A DNA stretch of 32,000 nucleotides from Candidatus Saccharimonadota bacterium (GTDB lineage: Bacteria; Patescibacteriota; Gracilibacteria; UBA1369; 2-02-FULL-48-14). Position numbers and translations under genes: made by a program. The stretch is from positions 1,260,001-1,292,000 of the forward strand of contig JBAZVE010000001.1 in the NCBI GenBank assembly GCA_041661045.1, given 5' to 3'. Shown piece by piece: positions 26,151 through 32,000 of this stretch. Within the stretch, counting starts at the first letter, position 1. Every line of letters starts with the position of its first letter. The notes beneath the pieces were generated by a model, which had not been told where the DNA came from, made no database searches, and saw nothing but the letters and a program-made list of their open reading frames with translations.

Positions 26151-26230
26151 GATGGGTTTACTCACTGCCACGGGCGGCCATCTACGGATGGTCGGTGCTA
26201 AAAGTTTGTCTGCATTTTCACCCCCTCCTT

Positions 26231-27124
26231 ATGGCAGCCTTGAGTGTCCTTGAACAAAAACTCCATCAACAGTTTTCTGAGTACGGACAAAATGCTCGCG
26301 AGTGGATGCGTAAGTGTGAGCTCCTTCTCCCAGAAATCCAGGAGAGGGAAATTTGGCGAAAAAAACGGTTTTCAAGCATTTATGAATACGCGGCAAAACT
26401 TGCGGGTATGAGCAAAGTTCGCGTGGATGAGTCCCTTAGGATTTATTCAAAAATTAAAGACAAGCCTTTGCTTATGAAAGTGGCGGAGTCGAAAGGGCTT
26501 CAAAGGCTTCGGCCCGTGGCCTTGGTGGCTACTCAAGAGAGCGAAGCGTTTTGGGCGGAAAAGGCTTCCGGAATGAGTAAACTCGCCCTCCAAACCTTTG
26601 TGCACGACTACAGGTTAGAATCTCGTTCTGGAACGGAATCTCAATCTGTAAAAGTGCAAATGGATTTGAGCCCTTCTTTGGCCAAGGATTTGGCGGTCTT
26701 AAAGGGCCAACGCAGTTGGGAAGAGCTGATGAGTGAACTCCTGGAACTGAAGAGGCAGGTGAGTCAGGAAGCACAGCAGGAGACAGTCACTCCACCAGCG
26801 GTGCCCGTGGCCACTCCCTCCCGACACATTCCGGCAGCCATCCAAAGGGAAGTTTTGGCCAGGAGCGGCGGACTTTGTGCGTACCCCAGCTGCAGGAGGC
26901 CGGCGACTTCACTGCATCACACGCAACGGTGGGGACTTGAAAAAATCCATGATCCTGCGCGGCTGCAGGCCGTGTGTACGGGGCATGAACGGTTGGTGCA
27001 TTTGGGGCTTATTGAACATGAAGAAGAGGCTCCAGAGCAGTGGCGACTGCGGGAGCAGGCGGACCGGAGCAGTGACAAGTTTTATATAGACACTCTCGTC
27101 TCCCTCTACAGGCCCAGTGGCTAG
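26231..27124 (+). CDS. HNH-domain protein with an N-terminal helical (DNA-binding-like) region
   Basis: C-terminal treble-clef-like block: RHIPAAIQREVLARSGGLCAYPSCRRPATSLHHTQRW...AVCTGHERLVH. The N-terminus has FSSIYEYAAKLAGMSKVRVDESLRIY, typical of stand-alone HNH ORFs. The track start TTG 26021 adds an Arg/Trp-rich stretch of implausible sequence; ATG 26231 is preferred. Confidence 0.78.
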   Translation: MAALSVLEQKLHQQFSEYGQNAREWMRKCELLLPEIQEREIWRKKRFSSIYEYAAKLAGMSKVRVDESLRIYSKIKDKPLLMKVAESKGLQRLRPVALVATQESEAFWAEKASGMSKLALQTFVHDYRLESRSGTESQSVKVQMDLSPSLAKDLAVLKGQRSWEELMSELLELKRQVSQEAQQETVTPPAVPVATPSRHIPAAIQREVLARSGGLCAYPSCRRPATSLHHTQRWGLEKIHDPARLQAVCTGHERLVHLGLIEHEEEAPEQWRLREQADRSSDKFYIDTLVSLYRPSG

Positions 27125-27138
27125 GTGGACGGAGCCCA

Positions 27139-27822
27139 CTAAAACAGGATAAGATAGCCCACGCCCATGAGGGTGGCATCGACCAAAATATGGCTGAGGT
27201 AGGCGGGCCAAATGGATTTTGTTTTGTGGTAGAGCGCGCACCAGATGAAGCCGGCGACTCCAACGGAAGTGCCCAGGAGCAGGGTGAGCGGCAAAGAGAA
27301 AAAGCCGGACAGTACAAAATAATGATGTCCGGTGAAGGCCGCGCTGCTGATGAGCGCCGCCCAGACCCAGGAGAACTTGAGCTGCAAGCCGCGGAAAACG
27401 AACCAGCGCCAATAATATTCTTCAAGCAGAGAGTGAAAAAAACTGAGAAAGATGGCGAAGAGTAGATAGAGCCACGGGTCCGCCAGGCCAAAGGCTTTTA
27501 CTCTTTCAAGCAGGTCGCCCGCGGCGGGCTGCAAGCCCAGGAAAAATGCTCCGAATACAATGCCGGAGAACAGGAGTCCGCTGATGAGCCCGGCGGCAAG
27601 CTTGATGGAGTTCTTGGCTCCACCCGTTTGATTGGGAAGTGCCTGGGTGAAAGCCGTGAGCCAAAGTAGGGGCCAAAAAAGAAGCGTGAGCTTGGTGATT
27701 AAATAAATCCACCCTGTTAACTCCGATTCCCAGAGCAAGTAAAGGGTGGCCCCAAACACTTGAAAGAAGAGGGCGGGAAGAATTCCGAAGAAGAAGAGTT
27801 TTTTATCTTTCATCTCCCCCAC
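27139..27822 (-). CDS. CPBP-family intramembrane glutamic endopeptidase (CAAX protease/Abi family)
   Basis: Polytopic membrane protein with the three family motifs: EEYYWR (EExxxR), FTGHH (FxxxH) and HILVD (HxxxD). Confidence 0.85.
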   Translation of the reverse strand: MGEMKDKKLFFFGILPALFFQVFGATLYLLWESELTGWIYLITKLTLLFWPLLWLTAFTQALPNQTGGAKNSIKLAAGLISGLLFSGIVFGAFFLGLQPAAGDLLERVKAFGLADPWLYLLFAIFLSFFHSLLEEYYWRWFVFRGLQLKFSWVWAALISSAAFTGHHYFVLSGFFSLPLTLLLGTSVGVAGFIWCALYHKTKSIWPAYLSHILVDATLMGVGYLILF

Positions 27823-27826
27823 TCTA

Positions 27827-28543
27827 TCACATCCCCTTGGGTTTGCCAGTTTGGGGGTCGATATAAGGACTTAGTTTGCGGAGTTTTTTACCGTATTGGA
27901 TCCAGTTGTGGCAGGCATCCGGATTTTGATCGTAGTGTTTTTTCGCCTTTTTTATGACTTTGACGGCTTGTTTCCAGTTGTCCACCACCACAATAAAATG
28001 CAGATCTTTGGGATCCATGAGTTTCCCTTTCAAAGGATTGTCGATGATCCAATTGATGAGCTCGCGCCACATTTTGCCCACCAGGATCACGGGCATATTG
28101 CAAATGTGCTTCACTTGCAAGAGCTGCCAGGTGTAAAAAAGTTCCAAACAAGTTCCAATCCCTCCGGGCATCACCACCACGGCGCTGGACAAGAGCATGA
28201 ATTCGTCGAGACGGGTGGAAAAGACCTCGTGGTTGTCTAAAAATTCTAAACCTTCGTTGGGTTTTTGTTCAAAAGGCAGCACAATGTTGAGACCAATGCT
28301 GTGCGCTCTGTTTTTGATGTCTCCGGCGGTGTGCCCCAAACTCGCCGCTTCCATAAGCCCCGGACCTCCCCCTGTGATGAGATCCACTCCCATCCCGCCA
28401 ATCACTTTGGCGAGGTTGTAGGCGTCTTGATACACCGGATCTTCGGGCTGAATACGGGCGGACCCAAAAATGGAGACTCGGAAGTCGTGGTTTTTGAGTT
28501 CATCGCTGATTTGGAAGTCTTTTGGCGTCATGAGGGGAAACAT
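27827..28543 (-). CDS. LOG-family protein (TIGR00730 / nucleotide phosphoribohydrolase-like)
   Basis: SIFGSARI, GGGPGLMEA and PGGIGTCLELF (the PGGxGTxxE motif). Carries a C-terminal extension of about 50 aa. Lies 4 nt upstream of the CPBP gene. Confidence 0.86.
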   Translation of the reverse strand: MFPLMTPKDFQISDELKNHDFRVSIFGSARIQPEDPVYQDAYNLAKVIGGMGVDLITGGGPGLMEAASLGHTAGDIKNRAHSIGLNIVLPFEQKPNEGLEFLDNHEVFSTRLDEFMLLSSAVVVMPGGIGTCLELFYTWQLLQVKHICNMPVILVGKMWRELINWIIDNPLKGKLMDPKDLHFIVVVDNWKQAVKVIKKAKKHYDQNPDACHNWIQYGKKLRKLSPYIDPQTGKPKGM

Positions 28544-28603
28544 TGATGTCGCTTGATCAATTTATTATAGCAAATTTTAAGTATAAATGCTACCCTAAGT
28601 CCA

Positions 28604-29248
28604 ATGAAACTCTTCCTAGACACCGCCGACCTCAAGCAGATCAAGGAAATCGCTTCTTGGGGGATTTTGGATGGAGTCACCACCAACCCCACCCTTTTGG
28701 CTAAAGAAGGAAAAGTGGATGCAAAAAAACATCTTCAGGCCATTTGTGAACTTGTGGATGGACCGGTGAGCATGGAGGTTTTTGCGGAGGACAGCAAGGA
28801 GATGGTGAAACAAGGGTTGGAATACAGCACTTGGGCAGACAACATTGTGGTGAAAATTCCCATGACTCCCGAGGGGCTCAAGGCCGTGGTTGAGCTGAAA
28901 AAAAAGGGGATTCCCACCAATGTGACTTTGATTTTTTCGGCAAACCAAGCCCTGCTCGCCGCCAAGGCCGGAGCCGCGATGGTGAGCCCTTTTATTGGAC
29001 GGTTGGATGAGGCTGGCGAAGACGGCCTCACTTTGATTCAAGAAATTACAGATATTTTTTCGAACTACGCTTTTGACACGGAAGTTTTGGTGGCCAGCGT
29101 ACGAGGGCCTCGACATATCACGGAGGCCGCTCGAATGGGGGCTCATATTGCCACCTTGCCGTATGAAATCTTTAAAAAACTCCCCTATCATCCCTTAACC
29201 ACCATCGGTTTAGAGAAATTTTTGGCCGACTGGAACAATCGAAAATGA
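28604..29248 (+). CDS. tal: transaldolase, short form (fructose-6-phosphate aldolase-like)
   Basis: MKLFLDTADLKQIKE, GVTTNPTL, the Schiff-base lysine context VVKIPMT, and SPFIGRLDE. 214 aa. Confidence 0.92.
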   Translation: MKLFLDTADLKQIKEIASWGILDGVTTNPTLLAKEGKVDAKKHLQAICELVDGPVSMEVFAEDSKEMVKQGLEYSTWADNIVVKIPMTPEGLKAVVELKKKGIPTNVTLIFSANQALLAAKAGAAMVSPFIGRLDEAGEDGLTLIQEITDIFSNYAFDTEVLVASVRGPRHITEAARMGAHIATLPYEIFKKLPYHPLTTIGLEKFLADWNNRK

Positions 29249-30474
29249 AACTTTCTTTGGAGCACATTGTGGGCCTTGGGAGTGAGGGCATAAGCTTGGC
29301 CGAATTGCAGGCTGAGGGGGTGAAGATTCCTGAATTTTTGCGCGGTTTTGAGGCGAGAGCACAGGGGTTTCCTCTGCTTCCCAAGCTCAAGGGGCCTGTT
29401 TTGGCGGTTAAAAGTTTGGCGGAAAAAATGAAAGGAAAGTTCAAGGACATTGTGGTCCTGGGTATTGGCGGAAGCGCGCTCGGCATTTCGTGTGTCCGCG
29501 ATGCGCTTAAAGGCGTGTATTGGAATCATCACGGGAGCCCTCGATTGTTTGTTTTGGACAATTTGGACACCGTGGGCGAGCTGGAGCGAGTGATTGATCT
29601 TGAGCATTCCTTGTTTATTGTGATTTCAAAATCAGGCACCACGCCAGAGACCATGGCGCAGTATTTTTACTTTAAGCAAAAGGTTTCTAAAGAACAGTTT
29701 GTTTTTATTACGGATCCGAATGGCGGCGAATTGCGAGCGATTGCTCAGGAATATGGAATTCCGACCTTGGATATTCCGGAAAATGTGGGGGGGCGCTTTT
29801 CTGTGCTCACTCCTGTTGGACTCTTCCCTGCGGCGCTGCTCGGCATAGACATTGAAGAATTGCTCCGAGGCGCTGAGGACGGGGTTAAACTGTTTCAAAG
29901 TTCCGAATGGGGGCTTAACCTTCCCTTTCAGTTCGCTTCCGCCCAGTATCTGCTGGAGTGGAAGCATGGAATCCCGATCACGGTGATGATGCCCTATTCC
30001 TCCCGCTTACACAGTTTTGCGGATTGGTATGCCCAGCTTTTGGCGGAAAGCATCGGGAAGGCGGGCAAGGGGCTCACGCCTGTTTCGGCCTTGGGCGTTA
30101 CGGATCAACATTCGCAGTTGCAACTTTATAATGAGGGACCAAAAGATAAATTGATTGTGTTTATTGAGGTGGAAAAGGAACCCGGCCCGCAGATTCCCCG
30201 CGTGGACCGTAAGACCCTTGCTTACCTTTCGGGAAGAGGTTTTCACGAGCTCATGAATATTGAGAAAAAAGGAACCGAACAGGCCTTGAGTGAGTATAAA
30301 AAACCTTCGGCAACCCTCAGCATTCCAGAGGTGAATGCCTATGAACTGGGGCAATTGTTTCTATTTTTTGAAGCCAGCATTGCTTTTTTGGGTGAATATT
30401 ATAGGATAAACGCGTTCGACCAGCCTGGCGTGGAACTCAGCAAACAGCTCACTAAACAGGCTTTAAGCTCATGA
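29245..30474 (+). CDS. pgi: glucose-6-phosphate isomerase
   Basis: VVLGIGGSALG, ISKSGTTPET, GGRFSVLTPVG and a DQHSQLQLY block. ATGA overlap with the tal stop. Confidence 0.9.
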   Translation: MKLSLEHIVGLGSEGISLAELQAEGVKIPEFLRGFEARAQGFPLLPKLKGPVLAVKSLAEKMKGKFKDIVVLGIGGSALGISCVRDALKGVYWNHHGSPRLFVLDNLDTVGELERVIDLEHSLFIVISKSGTTPETMAQYFYFKQKVSKEQFVFITDPNGGELRAIAQEYGIPTLDIPENVGGRFSVLTPVGLFPAALLGIDIEELLRGAEDGVKLFQSSEWGLNLPFQFASAQYLLEWKHGIPITVMMPYSSRLHSFADWYAQLLAESIGKAGKGLTPVSALGVTDQHSQLQLYNEGPKDKLIVFIEVEKEPGPQIPRVDRKTLAYLSGRGFHELMNIEKKGTEQALSEYKKPSATLSIPEVNAYELGQLFLFFEASIAFLGEYYRINAFDQPGVELSKQLTKQALSS

Positions 30475-32000
30475 AATTAAGCACCGACCAAATCGCATTT
30501 CTCAAGGCTTTCTCTAAGTCTTGTAGGCGATCGATTTTGGAAATGGTGACCCAGGCCCAGTCCGGACACCCGGGTGGATCGCTTTCGTGCATCGATTATC
30601 TCTCTCTGCTGTATGTGCTGAGGCTCCACCAAAGCAATGAACCGATTGTGGTTTCCAACGGACATATCTCCCCCGCTGTGTACAGCGTGTTGGCGGAGCT
30701 TGGGGTGATCCCCAAGGCTCGCGTGATTGAGACTTTTAGAAAACCTGTGGATATTTATGAAGGGCATGTGAATCGACAAGTGCAGGGAGTTTGGTATGGA
30801 ACGGGGCCTCTGGCCGTGGGCGCCAGTGCGGCTGCGGGGATGGCACTTGGAGAGAAGCTTAAGGTTCTGGGATCCGGTGAAGAGGAGGCGAAGCATGTAT
30901 TTTTGCTGATGGGAGATGGTGAGAATCAAGAGGGCCAGGCGTATGAAATGATGAATTTTGCGGTCAAGCACCGCCTCGACAACTTGATTTTGTTTGTGGA
31001 TTTCAACCAAGTGCAGCTCACCGCTTCTTTGGACGAAATCATGCCGCTGCAGGTTAAAAAACATTATGAGGCGGCGGGTTGGTTTGTGCAGGAAGTGGAT
31101 GGACATGATTTTGAAGCTATGAATTCTGCTTTGGAGGCGGCTTTGGATGAAAAGGGCCGACCAAGCGTTTTGATTGGACACACGATTATGGGACAGGGCG
31201 TGGAGTTTATGGCCAAAACGGGGCGAGAATATAAGGCCGATTGGCATGGCAAGGCTCCCAAAAAAGATGAGGCCGCTGCCGCGCTCATGGAAATGATTTT
31301 GGATGAGGAAGAGGCGGCGATTTTAGCGAAAGGACTTGAAGGACTGACGGTGAACATTAAAACGCCGGTTCAACCGGAAGTGGCTGCCGTAAACGGTGGC
31401 ACTCCTCGCGTTTATGGGCCGGAGGAAATGACCGATTGTCGCAGTGCTTATGGAGCGGCTTTGGTGGATTTGGCTTCGCTCAACCCCCATATTCTGGCGC
31501 TGACCGCGGATCTTGCCGATAGTGTGAAAACGGACGGTGTGAAGAAAGCTTTCCCGGATCGACACATTGAATGTGGCATTGCGGAACAACACATGGTGAG
31601 CTGCAGCGGAGGTCTTTCGATTCTTGGTTTTGTGCCTTTTTGCAGCACTTTTGGCGCCTTTATGAGCAGCCGCGCAAAAGACCAGGCCCGGGTGAATGAC
31701 ATCAATCAGACCAATGTGAAAATGGTGGCCACGCACTGTGGGCTCAGCGTGGGTGAAGATGGCCCAACGCACCAAGCTATTGATGATATCAGCTCTTTTG
31801 CGGGGTTCTTTCACACCAATATTTTTGAACCGGCCGACCCCAATCAATGTGATCGAATCGTTCGTTTTGTGGCCGCGCAGTATGGTAATTTTTATGTACG
31901 CATGGGTCGTGCGAAAATTCCGGTGCTCACCAAAGAAGACGGCAGCCCGTTTTTTGGAGAGGGCTACGATTTTATTCCGGGCCGTGCAGATATTTTACGC
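30471..32000 (+). CDS. tkt: transketolase (5' 510 codons; continues beyond the window)
   Basis: Absent from the ORF track because no stop occurs before the window end. Hand translation from ATG 30471 (ATGA overlap with the pgi stop) gives MKLSTDQIAFLKAF...QAQSGHPGGSLS. It also contains GDGENQEGQAYE (the ThDP GDG motif), ECGIAEQHMVS and GEDGPTHQAIDD. The track ORFs at 30477-31247 and 31323-31847 are its antisense shadows. Confidence 0.92.
   Translation, partial: MKLSTDQIAFLKAFSKSCRRSILEMVTQAQSGHPGGSLSCIDYLSLLYVLRLHQSNEPIVVSNGHISPAVYSVLAELGVIPKARVIETFRKPVDIYEGHVNRQVQGVWYGTGPLAVGASAAAGMALGEKLKVLGSGEEEAKHVFLLMGDGENQEGQAYEMMNFAVKHRLDNLILFVDFNQVQLTASLDEIMPLQVKKHYEAAGWFVQEVDGHDFEAMNSALEAALDEKGRPSVLIGHTIMGQGVEFMAKTGREYKADWHGKAPKKDEAAAALMEMILDEEEAAILAKGLEGLTVNIKTPVQPEVAAVNGGTPRVYGPEEMTDCRSAYGAALVDLASLNPHILALTADLADSVKTDGVKKAFPDRHIECGIAEQHMVSCSGGLSILGFVPFCSTFGAFMSSRAKDQARVNDINQTNVKMVATHCGLSVGEDGPTHQAIDDISSFAGFFHTNIFEPADPNQCDRIVRFVAAQYGNFYVRMGRAKIPVLTKEDGSPFFGEGYDFIPGRADILR

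Noticed and set aside
26021-26230. N-terminal 70-aa extension of the HNH ORF as given in the track (start at 26021).
   Set aside because: It starts at TTG and encodes Arg/Trp-rich sequence (MRWRSRSRRPPRRGWWVDRW...) that does not look like protein. It also runs through the hairpin and T6 terminator-like region. The family-typical N-terminus begins at ATG 26231.
25965-27124. The idea that the structured spacer plus HNH ORF is an IscB/HEARO-type (omega-RNA guided) nuclease locus.
   Set aside because: The ORF is only about 297 aa and has an HNH block but no RuvC-like D/E/D segments or bridge helix that I can find. The resemblance is limited to a structured RNA-like region sitting upstream of an HNH ORF. 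It is kept only as a generic structured-element finding.
29785-29802. A fourth copy of the G-tract/T-tract motif (GTGGGGGGGCGCTTTTC) inside pgi.
   Set aside because: It encodes the conserved GGRFS block of phosphoglucose isomerase and lacks the stop triplet and long T-run. The similarity is coincidental.
1-32000. Alternative genetic code (UGA or UAG reassignment, as in some candidate phyla).
   Set aside because: ruvB, the lipoprotein gene, clpC, tal, pgi, rfbA and the LOG gene all terminate at TGA at family-typical lengths. Other genes end at TAA or TAG. No conserved gene needs read-through.
1-32000. CRISPR arrays, rRNA genes, transposases or integrases.
   Set aside because: No spaced array of identical 25-40 bp repeats was seen. 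The only tandem repeats are short, in-frame coding repeats (2230-2283, the L19 tail) and 6-7 bp operator-like repeats. No DDE, serine or tyrosine recombinase motifs appear in any ORF.

Overview
Very gene-dense, mostly housekeeping window of a compact bacterial chromosome. It reads with the standard code: conserved genes stop at TGA/TAA/TAG at the expected lengths.

Left to right:
- Partial gene, small basic ORF, ruvB, a duplicated-module lipoprotein, clpC, rpsA, an orphan ORF and an EamA/DMT transporter.
- An AT-rich islet with a 136-aa basic orphan (minus strand) and phased TTCCTGA repeats.
- rmuC, infB, rfbB, rfbA.
- Minus strand: a polysaccharide pyruvyl transferase, rnhB, rplS (with an acidic tail), a winged-helix regulator and tig.
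- A 1252-aa orphan membrane protein behind a near-consensus promoter.
- Minus strand: a Trx-like lipoprotein plus VKOR, a split oxidative-folding pair.
- tRNA-His(GUG), then an RHH/RelE toxin-antitoxin pair.
- Minus strand: typA and a secreted C39-like peptidase.
- A GC-rich structured spacer (alternatively a 61-aa Gly/Cys-rich peptide ORF), followed by an HNH-domain ORF.
- Minus strand: a CPBP protease and a LOG-family protein.
- A tal-pgi-tkt operon. tkt runs off the right edge and is therefore missing from the ORF track.

No rRNA, CRISPR array, transposase or integrase was seen. Many long track ORFs are antisense shadows of real genes. The track also prints TTG/GTG starts as M, so several starts were trimmed to internal ATGs.

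The genome style is reminiscent of small-genome uncultivated (CPR-like) bacteria: abutting or overlapping genes, almost no Shine-Dalgarno motifs, tailed ribosomal proteins and a giant orphan membrane protein. That attribution is inference only.

Best candidates for something new:
- the giant orphan membrane protein (18022-21780);
- the C39 peptidase / Gly-Cys peptide / structured spacer / HNH / CPBP neighbourhood (25161-27822);
- the AT-rich islet at 7973-8713.
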